Shown one piece after another: positions 1 to 10,870 of a DNA stretch of 64,000 nucleotides. The stretch is from a virus (Duplodnaviria > Caudoviricetes). How positions within the stretch are numbered: the first letter of the stretch is position 1; each line of letters starts with the position of its first letter. A model generated the notes under the pieces. The model ran no database searches and was not told the origin of the DNA. It saw nothing but the letters and a program-made list of their open reading frames with translations. The translations under genes were made by a program, and so were the position numbers. Location of the stretch: IMG/VR virus record IMGVR_UViG_3300028888_000001, one strand, 5' to 3'.

Positions 1-12
1 GAATTCACGTCT

Positions 13-1254
13 ATGTATAATATCCAAGTTAAAGATAGCAAATCAAATAAAACAGAATTTGTGCTATCAACTAAGGCATATCTCAAAAGTATGGATGTTG
101 GCTATGGCGGTATATACGATAGATTATATATCGAATCTGAAATTGGAAGGGCTTTATTCTTATTCCGTTTAGGTAGATTCATTTTCTCTGGTTATGAACC
201 ATGGGCAAAAATAGACAAATACTGTGATCTATCGTATAATGTATTCTATTACCCCACAGGAGCAGTGAAATTAAATAGCAATATTCGCTGTACTCATTTA
301 AAAGATTATACATTTAAAGAATTAATTTTGGATAAACTTCAAGCTGAAGGAATTTGTGCTGGTGGATTAGAAGATGAGCAAGGTTTATTTATTAAACTAA
401 GAGCATCAGATTATCCAGATTATGAATCGTTAAAGCAAGAACTTCATAAATGGTTTACATTATCTCCAGAAGAAGCGGAGCAATTAAACCTAGATATGTT
501 TGACGTTAGAAATAAATCTGGAATGTTTGAATCTATCGAGCAATATAGAAAAGTTTATCCAGTTGTATCCGATCCATTTACTGTAGTTTATGAATTAACA
601 AATACTGAATATAGAGAATTAGCATTAGAAAATTATACAATCCCGACATTTTTTAACTCTATGCATCTACTAATAAATCCGTTTGAACCTGTGCCGTTTA
701 TAAGATCTACTTTAGGAAATCTTATAGCTATAATCCCAAAAGATAATATTATCAAAACTATGAAAGAGCAGCTTCAGGAAAACAATGAAGAAATTATAGC
801 TAATAATATTATATGGGAATTATTACTAAGCACCGGTGAGTATAGTGGGCATAAAAGAGTTGATTTTACTCCTGACGAATTAGTTGGTGTAGCGCCACTA
901 AATTGGGATACAGCACATGCTATAAAAAGCAGCATATTACAAGAGCTAGAGTCTGGTAATGCTGATAAATATGATGATATTCTTAGGGAGAATAAAATTA
1001 TTAGAAATATATTCGCATGGGCTCTTGAGGGTGATGATCCAATGTATGATATTAATCACCCTACATTTGTAGCTGTAGTTCCAAAAGATAGGAGTAAAAA
1101 TTTACAGTCGGTTGAAACTCAATATCAGCAAACTAAGATAAATAACATGTACACGTATATACGAGCGTCTCATGATATTATAAGCAACTTAACCGTATCG
1201 GCTGCTTATAAGATTAAAGCATCGTATTTTTATAAACACCTTAGAATAAACTAG
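13..1254 (+). CDS. Probable virion structural protein, likely 5'-truncated by the window edge
   Basis: 413-aa ORF whose frame is open back to position 1. Shares the module A.P....IKSSI.Q..ESG.....N.IIRNI with the 1836-aa protein at 33052-38562. Confidence 0.5.
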   Translation: MYNIQVKDSKSNKTEFVLSTKAYLKSMDVGYGGIYDRLYIESEIGRALFLFRLGRFIFSGYEPWAKIDKYCDLSYNVFYYPTGAVKLNSNIRCTHLKDYTFKELILDKLQAEGICAGGLEDEQGLFIKLRASDYPDYESLKQELHKWFTLSPEEAEQLNLDMFDVRNKSGMFESIEQYRKVYPVVSDPFTVVYELTNTEYRELALENYTIPTFFNSMHLLINPFEPVPFIRSTLGNLIAIIPKDNIIKTMKEQLQENNEEIIANNIIWELLLSTGEYSGHKRVDFTPDELVGVAPLNWDTAHAIKSSILQELESGNADKYDDILRENKIIRNIFAWALEGDDPMYDINHPTFVAVVPKDRSKNLQSVETQYQQTKINNMYTYIRASHDIISNLTVSAAYKIKASYFYKHLRIN

Positions 1255-1276
1255 AGTATTGGAGGTGGGTTATTGA

Positions 1277-4200
1277 ATGGCTCAGTTAAAAGATACATAC
1301 GTTCATGGAGATATGAACGTAGATGGCAGCTTAACCATAACCGAGAACAAGAGAAATCTAGCTCTAATAGAAGGTGATAATTTTATCATTGGAGATGAAG
1401 AGCTAAATACTATAATTAGAGGCGTTAATACTACAATAGACTCATCTGGTGATTATGATATAAATGCCGATGGTCAAGTAAATATAAATTCTAATAACGA
1501 TGGCATTAATTTAAATGCCGATAAAGATATAAATTTAAACGCTGGTGAGAATATATCTCAAAAAGCAGAGACTGGATCTTATTCTATAGAAGCAGATAAA
1601 CAGATTTCTGCTAAATCTAATTCAGAAGGCCTTGATATTGAAGTTGAAAAAGATATAGATATTAAATCCAATAATGGTCATCTAAAAACAGAAGTTAAAG
1701 ATGATATAACGTTTGATTCTTCTGATGGTGGATATGAATTAAATGTAAAAAATGATATAAAAGAAAAATCCAGCGCAGGCAGTAAAACGACAAATGTTTA
1801 TGGTAATATTACAGAGACTACAGAATCTGGAGCAAAAACTTCAAATATCCAAGGTGATATTACAGAGATCTCTAAAAATGGTGGAAAAACTACCACAGTA
1901 AAAAATAATATTACTGAAACATCTGAGTCTGGTGGTAAATCTACTACAGTTAAAGGGAATATTTCCGAAACATCTGAGTCTGGTGGTAAATCCACTACAG
2001 TAGAAGATGACATTTCTGAAGTATCAAAAGCTGGAGGAAAAATCACTCATGTAGATGATAATATAGATATTACATCTGATCATGGTGGTTACTCAGTAGG
2101 CGTTCAGAATGATATAAATTTTACTTCATCAAGTGGTGGATGGAATCAGCATGTTGATGATAATATCTCTGAAACGTCTGATAGTGGATCTAAAACCACT
2201 ACAGTAAATGGGGCTATTACAGAAGTCTCCTCTACAGGAGGTAGATCATTTACTGGAGCTGGAGATATTACAGAGTATACTAGCAATGGTGGACGCTCAT
2301 TTAGTGGTACTGGTGATATAGTTGAGGTAACTACAAATGGCGGGCGCTCATTTGAAGGCAAAGGTGATATCACAGAAATTACAAGTGATGGACATAAGCT
2401 TACAAAAACAGGCAAATCTATCACTGAAATTGCTGATGGTAGAGCAATAACTAATGAAAAACTGCAAGAATATATCAATAATGGCGGTAGAACTTTCTAT
2501 GGTAAAGGTCAGATAACAGAAGACGTTACCGATGGTGGTAGATCTTTTAGAGGTAAAGAAGACATAACAGAATATACCTCTAATGGTGGTCGCTCATTTG
2601 AAGGTGATAAAGACATATCTGAGATCAGCCATAATGGTGGAAAATCTACTAGTGTAAAAAATAATATTACACAGTCTTCAAGCTCCGGATATAAATATGA
2701 TAATATTAATAAAGGGATCGTTGAAGTAGCTGACGGTGTATCTGTAACTGAAGAAGATCTTGAAAAATATCAAGCGTCTGGTAGAACTTTCGTTGGTACT
2801 GGAGATATCACAGAAATTTCTAGAGGAGCTAAAACCACTAAAATTAAAAATGATATCACAGAAGAAACCACTGAAGGCGGAAGATTCTTTAGCGGAGCAG
2901 GCGATATAGAAGAGACTACTTCTGGTGGTCATAAGCATACCAATGTAAAACAAGAGATTGAAGAAATATCTTCAGATGGATATAAATATACTCAAGTAGA
3001 TGGATCTATTACAGAGATATCTGGTAAACGTATAGTTGATTTATCCGAAGAAGATATTAAAAATATAATCGAAAATAACGGTAGAACTTTCTATGGTGAT
3101 GGTGACATCGTAGAAGATCTTAAAACTGGTGGAAGACATTTCACTGGCACAGAAGATATCACAGAAAAAACTACAAATGGTGGACGCTCATTTGAAGGTA
3201 AAGGTGATATAGTAGAATCAGTCACAGAAGGTGGAAGATTCTTTACTGGCGCTGGTGATATAGAAGAGCGTACATCTGGTGGACATAAACTGGGTATCTA
3301 TAATAAGTCTGTTACAGAGATTGCGGATGGTGTTAACTTATCAGACGAAGAATTAGAATCTTATATCGATAATGGTGGTAGAACTTTCGTAGGTAAGGGT
3401 GATCTTACAGAGATATCTTCTAATGGTCATAAGCTTGTAAAGACTGGTAAGTCTATCACAGAGATCGCAGATGGTGTAACCATTGAAGATCAAGAGCTAC
3501 AAAATTATATCAATAACGGCGGTAGAACTTTTGTAGGTAAGGGCGATCTTACAGAGATATCTTCTAACGGAAGTAAACTAACACGCGTTAAGGGCGATAT
3601 TTCTGAATATTCTTCCGATGGTAGTAGATACTATGAAGGTAAAGGTGATATTACCGAGATAGGTCACACTGGAAGTAAGTATACAGAACTCGGTGGCTCA
3701 ATAACAGAAATTGCAGACGGTAGGATAGATGGCTTAACTCAAGAAGAGGTAGAGGCTTTAAAAGCTAAAGGTGGTAGAATCTTCTTAGGTAAGGGTGATA
3801 TAGAAGAGCATTCCACTCAAGGCCATAAGCTAACAATTTTAGGTAAATCTATCACAGAGATTGCAGATGGCGTTTCTATCTCAGATGAGCAATTAGAAGA
3901 ATACATCAATAATGGCGGTAGAACTTTCATTGGCAATGGCAATTTAACAGAGGTTTCTATAGATGGTGGTAAAACCACTGAAGTTAAAAATGATATTAAA
4001 GAGACTTCAAGCACTGGATATAAACTTACAAAAACAGGTAAGTCTATTACAGAAGTTGCTGATGGATATAATATTACAGATCAAGAGCTTCAAGAATATA
4101 TTAATGATGGCGGTAGAACTTTCTTAGGTAATGGAGATATTACTGAAGTAAGTGCAAACGGAAATAAGCTTACTGAAATAAATAAAGATATTACTGAAAT

Positions 4201-6340
4201 TTCAAATACTGGAAATAAATCTACCATAATTCATGGTAATATTGAAGAAGAAGCTGAGACTGGATATAAGCATATTAAAACTAATAAAGAAATCACAGAG
4301 GTAATTAAGAACGGCAATAGAGAAACTCATATTACTAAAGGTGATATTCTAGAAACAACAGATGATGGCGGTAGATCTTTTAGAGGTACTGGAAATATCA
4401 TCGAAGTTGGCACTGGTGGATATAAATACACAGAGTTAGGTAAGTCTATTGTTGAAATTGCTAGTAATAGAAGACGTGAAATTCTAGAAGATAGCGATAT
4501 TCAAAGCATGATAGACAATAATGCTAGAACATTTTACGGTACAGGTGATATCATAGAGAATGTCACTAATGGTGGTCGTGCATTCGTTGGTTCTGGCAAT
4601 ATCATTGAAGAAACATCTGGCGGCTATAGAGGATATAACATTGGTAAAAACTATTGTATATTCGCATCTGGTAGGAAACGTGAATTTACAGATGCAGAAG
4701 TGGATGCAATGATTGCCAGGAATGCTTATACTTTCTATGGTACTGGTGATATTATAGAAAATGTAAAGAGTGGTGGTAGAACTTTTAGTGGTACTGGTGA
4801 TATCTTATGGGAGACCACTGGTGGCGGTATTGGATATTCTGTTGCTAATAATATAGTAGAAGAATCGACCGCTGGGTATAAAATTACTAAAACAGCTAAG
4901 TCTATCACTGAAATTGCTAATGGACGCAATCCATCTGAGGCTGATCTTAATAATTATATTGCTGGTGGTGGTAGAACTTTCTTAGGCACTGGTAATATTA
5001 TTGAAGATACAACTAATGGTTATAAAGCTACTTCAGTTAGAGGTGATATAACAGAAACATCTTTAGGTGGTGGTAGAAGATTTACCGGTGTAACTGGCAT
5101 ATATGAAGAAGTTACTAATGGCGGTAGAGAATTCTATGGTACCGGTGATATTATAGAAAATACTACTAATGGTAATAAATCTGTATATGTCGGTAAAAAC
5201 TTCACTGAAGACGTTGTAGGTAATAAGACTCTTAATATCACTGGAAATGTTGCTGAAACTATTGGTGGATATAAAAATGTCCGCGTTGAAGGAGATATTT
5301 ATACATATAATAGATCTGGTAAATATGATCTAGATGTATATGGTAACATATATGAGCGCTCTAGAGTTGGCGCTAGAACAGTAGATGTTGCTGGAGCTAT
5401 AACTGAGACTTCTAGCGGTGGTGGTAGAAGTTTCAGTGGCGCTGGACCAATAAGTGAGATAACAACAAATGGTGGCCGCTACTTTGAAGGTACTGGTAAT
5501 ATTGTAGAAATTACCACTGGTGGTGGAAGATCGTTTAACGGCGCTGGTAATATTGTTGAAGTAACTAGCAACGGTGGTAGATCATTTAGTGGCACTGGTA
5601 ATATTACTGAAACTACAAGTGGCGGTGGAAAAACTACAGACGTTACCGGAAATATTATAGAAATCACTTCAGGTGGTGGCAGAACGTTTAACGGTGCTGG
5701 TAATATCGTTGAAATAACAACCAACGGTGGCAGACGTTTTGAAGGTACTGGTAATATCGTAGAAATCACTGGTGGTGGAAGATCATTTACTGGTGGTGGA
5801 GCTATCACTGAAACTACTACAAGTGGAGGTAGATCATTTACTGGTACTGGAGATATAAAAGAAATCACTTCTGGTGGTAGTAAATCTGTATATGTAAGAG
5901 ACGATATATCATTTACATCTACTAATGGAAAATATACTCTTGGCGTTAGAGGAGACATTGCTGTAGAAAGCACCACTGGACGATTTGGATTGGATGTATA
6001 CGGAGATATAGAAGAATCTAGCTCAAGGGGTGGTAAAACACTTACTATAGTAAATGATCTTAATGTATCCTCTAGTAATGGTGCACTAAATCTTGCCGTA
6101 ACTAATGGAATTAGTGCAACAACTAACACTGGAGCTGTATTAATTAGAGGCGTTTCTTCAGCAACTCTCCAGGCTAATAATGGTCCAGTACATCTTAGAG
6201 GTGCAGAAGAAATCGGATTATTTGGTCAAAGACTCGTATTACAAAACTCAAGATATATCTATGGAACAGCAGACCCTGATGAATTATCCACTTGGACTTC
6301 AATTCAAGAGGGCACTGTATACTTTAAGCTTTTAGATTGA
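1277..6340 (+). CDS. Very long tail fibre/spike with Gp5-like beta-helix repeats
   Basis: 1687 aa of ~17-aa repeats (VxG[DN]I.E.[ST]..GG[RK][ST]). Fibre-like N-terminus MAQLKDTYVHG and C-terminus YGT.DP...EGTVYFK. GGAGG RBS. Confidence 0.7.
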   Translation: MAQLKDTYVHGDMNVDGSLTITENKRNLALIEGDNFIIGDEELNTIIRGVNTTIDSSGDYDINADGQVNINSNNDGINLNADKDINLNAGENISQKAETGSYSIEADKQISAKSNSEGLDIEVEKDIDIKSNNGHLKTEVKDDITFDSSDGGYELNVKNDIKEKSSAGSKTTNVYGNITETTESGAKTSNIQGDITEISKNGGKTTTVKNNITETSESGGKSTTVKGNISETSESGGKSTTVEDDISEVSKAGGKITHVDDNIDITSDHGGYSVGVQNDINFTSSSGGWNQHVDDNISETSDSGSKTTTVNGAITEVSSTGGRSFTGAGDITEYTSNGGRSFSGTGDIVEVTTNGGRSFEGKGDITEITSDGHKLTKTGKSITEIADGRAITNEKLQEYINNGGRTFYGKGQITEDVTDGGRSFRGKEDITEYTSNGGRSFEGDKDISEISHNGGKSTSVKNNITQSSSSGYKYDNINKGIVEVADGVSVTEEDLEKYQASGRTFVGTGDITEISRGAKTTKIKNDITEETTEGGRFFSGAGDIEETTSGGHKHTNVKQEIEEISSDGYKYTQVDGSITEISGKRIVDLSEEDIKNIIENNGRTFYGDGDIVEDLKTGGRHFTGTEDITEKTTNGGRSFEGKGDIVESVTEGGRFFTGAGDIEERTSGGHKLGIYNKSVTEIADGVNLSDEELESYIDNGGRTFVGKGDLTEISSNGHKLVKTGKSITEIADGVTIEDQELQNYINNGGRTFVGKGDLTEISSNGSKLTRVKGDISEYSSDGSRYYEGKGDITEIGHTGSKYTELGGSITEIADGRIDGLTQEEVEALKAKGGRIFLGKGDIEEHSTQGHKLTILGKSITEIADGVSISDEQLEEYINNGGRTFIGNGNLTEVSIDGGKTTEVKNDIKETSSTGYKLTKTGKSITEVADGYNITDQELQEYINDGGRTFLGNGDITEVSANGNKLTEINKDITEISNTGNKSTIIHGNIEEEAETGYKHIKTNKEITEVIKNGNRETHITKGDILETTDDGGRSFRGTGNIIEVGTGGYKYTELGKSIVEIASNRRREILEDSDIQSMIDNNARTFYGTGDIIENVTNGGRAFVGSGNIIEETSGGYRGYNIGKNYCIFASGRKREFTDAEVDAMIARNAYTFYGTGDIIENVKSGGRTFSGTGDILWETTGGGIGYSVANNIVEESTAGYKITKTAKSITEIANGRNPSEADLNNYIAGGGRTFLGTGNIIEDTTNGYKATSVRGDITETSLGGGRRFTGVTGIYEEVTNGGREFYGTGDIIENTTNGNKSVYVGKNFTEDVVGNKTLNITGNVAETIGGYKNVRVEGDIYTYNRSGKYDLDVYGNIYERSRVGARTVDVAGAITETSSGGGRSFSGAGPISEITTNGGRYFEGTGNIVEITTGGGRSFNGAGNIVEVTSNGGRSFSGTGNITETTSGGGKTTDVTGNIIEITSGGGRTFNGAGNIVEITTNGGRRFEGTGNIVEITGGGRSFTGGGAITETTTSGGRSFTGTGDIKEITSGGSKSVYVRDDISFTSTNGKYTLGVRGDIAVESTTGRFGLDVYGDIEESSSRGGKTLTIVNDLNVSSSNGALNLAVTNGISATTNTGAVLIRGVSSATLQANNGPVHLRGAEEIGLFGQRLVLQNSRYIYGTADPDELSTWTSIQEGTVYFKLLD

Positions 6341-6362
6341 TATGTACATTATCTATAAATAT

Positions 6363-6390
6363 TTCAGGCAAGATTAATTTCTTGCCTGAA
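6363..6390 (+). terminator. Stem-loop (terminator or processing hairpin)
   Basis: ttcaggcaaga / tcttgcctgaa 11-bp inverted repeat. Confidence 0.6.
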
Positions 6391-6419
6391 AAATTTTGCT
6401 TTAAGGAGGTAATGTATTA

Positions 6420-9400
6420 ATGGCAAATAAATGGCAGCGAGAGCTAAAAAATGCTCTTATTATACATATCGTGCCAAATTTTAATGTATATGGAACCATA
6501 AACTTTGATACAAGAAAAATGAATATCTATATCAAAGTCACTTCTAATACAGATACTGAATATTCGCATGGCGTTTGGTATGACTACAACATGTTTATTC
6601 TATGGACTAAAAACGACTATGCCTGGCATGGTATGAGTCCTAGTGCTAAAGAAGAATTATTGCATATAATGCCTGCTGGCTACATGGGAGGAGAAGAAAT
6701 ATCTGTTTCTGGTGATGGTTTCACTTCAGGAAGCGGTTATAATCTTCAACATACTTGGCCTTCATCATTTGGTTCATATTCAGCAAGTGATAAATATTAT
6801 TTATGTATGCTATGTCAAGTTCACCCAGATGCTTATGCAAGAGGTGACACTACAGATAAATACTGTGATATAACAACAAGTGAAAATATTAAAGTTGGTT
6901 CTTATACTTATATAAATAATACTGGCTACTTAACAGGATCAAAAAATCCTGGTGGTTCAGCAGTCACAAAGAATGGAAAATGGGACGCTGATAGAATGTG
7001 GGTAAAACCAGGCTCATTTTCATGGATAAATAGTGGCAATGACGATGAATATTATTCAACAGCAAAATTTACAGCCGTTTCATTCCCAATCGCTCCAGAC
7101 ACTGATACTCGTAATGGCGGTAGACTGCTATTGGAAGCTCATGAGAGAAACGCTGCTTATACAAAACTAACAGCAACAGCAACTTACATTCCAGCTGCAA
7201 CCAAACCAGCTATAACATTCTTTGGAGTAGACGATCCAAATGATGCTGGTGTTAATACACGTTGTATAAAAATAGTATTATTCAAATATACAAACGATGC
7301 TCATACAACATGGGAAGTTATAGAAACTAGATACCCAATGGCAACAAAAGATGGAGATAATTTTGTTGCAGCATATAACTTTACTGTAGAAGACACTAGT
7401 GATTATTTTGTAGAGGCATTCATAATAGAAGATTTGGGTTCAGAACTTAATGACTTAGATGCTACAGATTTTTCTGACGGTAAGGAAGAAATTCAATACG
7501 TAGCTGGTAAAATTACAGTAAGTGCTACACGTACAGCTACTACAGTTACAGCTCGTGGTAAATATACTGTAGGAACTGCTACAGGAAAGCAAGGTGCAAC
7601 TAGATATTGGGGAACAAAAACTACAGGTGGTACAACTACTTCTAATAGAAGTAAAGTATTACTAGCATTACTTCGAGGTACAACAGAATTAGAAACTGCA
7701 GTTGTAGCTAATAATACAGACTTTACATTTAATACTGCTGTGGTTAGTGATGTAGAATATACTGTAAAAGCATATGCTGTAGAGCTACTAGATGTCAAAA
7801 AGACAGTAGGACCAGCATCTAAAACAGTTGCAGCTCTAGGATCTATAGGTTCAGTAACAGCTACTATTGTGAATAGAACGGATACTACAATTACTTTAAA
7901 AGCTACATATAGCGGTAGCACCCCATATTATGCAACCCTTAATATGACAGATAAGGGAAAATTATATTATTTCTTACGTTTATATAATGAATCAACTACA
8001 GCTGATTCTGATATAAATGAGCACGATAGACAATATGTAGACAAATACGGTACATACGTTCAACGTAAGAAAATAACAATGGGCGAAGAATGGGTAGTCA
8101 CTGGTATAGATAAATATACAGCTTATGCATTTACTGCGTATGCTTTTTATTTTCCAGATGGCCAATTGTCGTCAATGCAACGAGCGCATGATACTGTAGC
8201 CGATATGGGATCTGAATCTTCTGTTGATCCAACAGATATGAATGCTAAAATAACTGGCACTACTATTACATTAACGCCAGTATTTACATCTGCTGGAGAT
8301 AGAACAGTTGATAGCATAGAATGGACGGCTAAATTAGGTAGAGTTACTCAATCTGGCACGTCAACAAAAAATGCTAGTGGAGAATGGGAAAGCGATCCAG
8401 CTAAATTTGCATTATTAGCAAATGCTACAACGTATACTATTGTTTTTCATGGTCTATTTAGCGGAGCAGCTTCACCAACTCCAGATGCTGGTGATGGAGA
8501 AAGTGATGGTACATTAGATACATCTGCTGGATACATTGATCTTTTAAACTCTGATGTGTACTATGACGCTATGACATATGGTGTTACGGTTCTAGAAGCA
8601 TCAAAAACTAGAACTACGTTCACTGGCATAGCATATCAAACTATAGGAGCTCATGGTGAAACTAATCATGCTATGACAGAGTGCGGTAAGAAAAAATATG
8701 CTGGATTCTGCAGACGAAGAGATGGCTCTAGTGTAGCCTCTACAAATGTTGGCTATGTATCATTTAATAATGGTACAACTACAGTATCTACTGATGTTAT
8801 CGGTCAATCAGCAGGTTCAGCAAATTTCACGGGCTCTGAAGTTACAATAACTGGCTTATTACCTAGCACTGGTTATAGATTATATGTATATCTTAAAGGC
8901 TGTAAAGACTTTGAGGGTCAATACGATGCTGTTGGTTATATAGACTTCACGACAGAAGCAGTCGCTATCCCAGGATTGTTTCAAGCTAGAGTAACTGGAA
9001 CATCAATATCTGTTACGCCTAATATAATTAGATGGAATAACTCATCTGATTTATCTTGCATGATGTATTTTAATACAGTTGCTGGCGTTGATGAAAATGG
9101 TAAAGCAATACCTGGATCAATGGTAGAAATGGGCTATGTGACTATATCTCCAACTAATTTGATGAGGGGTATATGTTATGGTCTAGATACTGGAACTAAA
9201 TATCTTGTTACTTTCTATTGTACTGATGACGAAGATAATGAAATAGAAATAGAGCCAATTGAGGTTGTCACGTATGGACTAACTATAGAAACTGGAGTGC
9301 CTCATACTAGATATTGTTCTGATTGTAAGATAACGTATGTTGAGGGTGAAAGAATGTCTAATACTCCTCAAGATACCACCAGAGGCGCAGCGGTTAGATG

Positions 9401-10823
9401 GTTCATTTTGGACTTCGATGAGAATATGCTCATTTCTCCAACATACGCTAACTGTAGAAGATCTAATCCATATTATTTTGAAACGACTCCACATGTTCTT
9501 ACCCCAGGTGAAACATATGTTCTATGGGCATATATCGAAGGTGTATTATATGAAGGTGAACCAGATACATTAGTTTCAGTTATATTTACTTGCACTGAAC
9601 CAGCATATTGGTTATCTGGTACAACTTCTGCTACTGGAACAACTATATCGTTTACTCCTACATGGATAGACTCCACATCTCAAGATAACATAGTTACAGT
9701 TATTGCTGGAATATATCAATATGGCGTATTCTTAGAGCAAAAACAGACTACATACAAAGATGTACCAATTAAATTTACCGGATTAAATAGAGGCCAAGAA
9801 TATACTATTGTATACACTGCTATAGATAATGAAGGCAACAGTACAAATGATTATATAGCCTATCAGCCAGGTATAAATGGTACTATAGACGAATTAACGT
9901 ATAAGCTTCTATTCAATGATTTTACTACAACAACAAGATCTATATTCTTTGTAGTAAGTTCAAATAGACCAGACTTACCAGAAGGAACACAAGTACAATA
10001 TTACATATCACAAGGTAATGAAGAAAGAATTAATTTCGGCGGCGGTTTAGCAGTAGACCCGGGTTCTCCAATACAATATTATCACTTAAGACATAACTCT
10101 GCTGTTACCGTAGGCGCAAGGTTCTCTACATTATTTGATGAAAATAATGATTATGATACAACAGAGTTTACACAAACTTATACAACAGAATTAACTCTTG
10201 AATTTGATGGATATGATTCTAGCCCACACGCTATAGCCTCTAGATGGAGAGCTTATTCTGATAATAGTTTTATTATAGTAGATAAAATTTGTGGTCAGCC
10301 ATTGTATTTTGTTTATAATAAAATATCAATAGTTCCTGTAGTGCGTGGAGAAGTAGGCGATAGCTATGGCAATTATACAATGCAGCATAATTTCATATGG
10401 GTTGCTTGCTTAACAAGATGGTTTGATAAGCTATCACCTGGCAGGGCTTATAGAATATCAATGACTATATCTGATGGTGTCAATGAAGCTACAGCCACAG
10501 GAATAGCATCTACTTTAGTTCCAACACTAAGAATATATTCAGAAAGAGATCATAAATGGCATAAAGCATTACCATATATAGTACATAACAGTTATTGGTA
10601 TGCTGCCCCTGCGTATATTTATTTCAATAAAGAAAAGCGCAATGCTTTACCATCTTCTCAGATCATCGGTAGTAACGATGAATATGATAAAGGTAAATTC
10701 TATGAAACCAACCCAACCAATTCACCTACACCAGATGATGATATATTAAAATATAACCATGATGGTGTAGACGCTAGAACTGTTCCAGACCTTATTGTTG
10801 ATGACATTACTGATCCATCATGA
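6420..10823 (+). CDS. Large virion adhesin/tail-associated protein with tandem Ig/FN3-like beta-sandwich domains
   Basis: 1467 aa, Thr-rich, recurring FN3-like motifs (ITGLLPSTGYRLYV, FTGLNRGQEYTIVY, KLSPGRAYRISM). C-terminal WHKALPYI..W..APAYIY motif. AAGGAGG RBS. Confidence 0.6.
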   Translation: MANKWQRELKNALIIHIVPNFNVYGTINFDTRKMNIYIKVTSNTDTEYSHGVWYDYNMFILWTKNDYAWHGMSPSAKEELLHIMPAGYMGGEEISVSGDGFTSGSGYNLQHTWPSSFGSYSASDKYYLCMLCQVHPDAYARGDTTDKYCDITTSENIKVGSYTYINNTGYLTGSKNPGGSAVTKNGKWDADRMWVKPGSFSWINSGNDDEYYSTAKFTAVSFPIAPDTDTRNGGRLLLEAHERNAAYTKLTATATYIPAATKPAITFFGVDDPNDAGVNTRCIKIVLFKYTNDAHTTWEVIETRYPMATKDGDNFVAAYNFTVEDTSDYFVEAFIIEDLGSELNDLDATDFSDGKEEIQYVAGKITVSATRTATTVTARGKYTVGTATGKQGATRYWGTKTTGGTTTSNRSKVLLALLRGTTELETAVVANNTDFTFNTAVVSDVEYTVKAYAVELLDVKKTVGPASKTVAALGSIGSVTATIVNRTDTTITLKATYSGSTPYYATLNMTDKGKLYYFLRLYNESTTADSDINEHDRQYVDKYGTYVQRKKITMGEEWVVTGIDKYTAYAFTAYAFYFPDGQLSSMQRAHDTVADMGSESSVDPTDMNAKITGTTITLTPVFTSAGDRTVDSIEWTAKLGRVTQSGTSTKNASGEWESDPAKFALLANATTYTIVFHGLFSGAASPTPDAGDGESDGTLDTSAGYIDLLNSDVYYDAMTYGVTVLEASKTRTTFTGIAYQTIGAHGETNHAMTECGKKKYAGFCRRRDGSSVASTNVGYVSFNNGTTTVSTDVIGQSAGSANFTGSEVTITGLLPSTGYRLYVYLKGCKDFEGQYDAVGYIDFTTEAVAIPGLFQARVTGTSISVTPNIIRWNNSSDLSCMMYFNTVAGVDENGKAIPGSMVEMGYVTISPTNLMRGICYGLDTGTKYLVTFYCTDDEDNEIEIEPIEVVTYGLTIETGVPHTRYCSDCKITYVEGERMSNTPQDTTRGAAVRWFILDFDENMLISPTYANCRRSNPYYFETTPHVLTPGETYVLWAYIEGVLYEGEPDTLVSVIFTCTEPAYWLSGTTSATGTTISFTPTWIDSTSQDNIVTVIAGIYQYGVFLEQKQTTYKDVPIKFTGLNRGQEYTIVYTAIDNEGNSTNDYIAYQPGINGTIDELTYKLLFNDFTTTTRSIFFVVSSNRPDLPEGTQVQYYISQGNEERINFGGGLAVDPGSPIQYYHLRHNSAVTVGARFSTLFDENNDYDTTEFTQTYTTELTLEFDGYDSSPHAIASRWRAYSDNSFIIVDKICGQPLYFVYNKISIVPVVRGEVGDSYGNYTMQHNFIWVACLTRWFDKLSPGRAYRISMTISDGVNEATATGIASTLVPTLRIYSERDHKWHKALPYIVHNSYWYAAPAYIYFNKEKRNALPSSQIIGSNDEYDKGKFYETNPTNSPTPDDDILKYNHDGVDARTVPDLIVDDITDPS

Positions 10824-10831
10824 TATCCTGA

Positions 10832-10845
10832 AACATTCGATTAAT
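10832..10845 (+). promoter_or_regulatory. Putative late promoter AACA-N6-TAAT
   Basis: aaca ttcgat taat upstream of the holin-like gene. Matches a motif recurring ~12 times in this window and the AR9 late-promoter consensus AACA-N6-TA. Confidence 0.55.
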
Positions 10846-10870
10846 AAATATTATAGGAGGGCTCAACCCA

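Noticed and set aside
1798-6129. Several minus-strand ORFs (up to 216 aa) inside the 1687-aa gene
   Set aside because: Shadow frames of a repetitive Gly/Thr-rich gene; no RBS or plausible protein composition.
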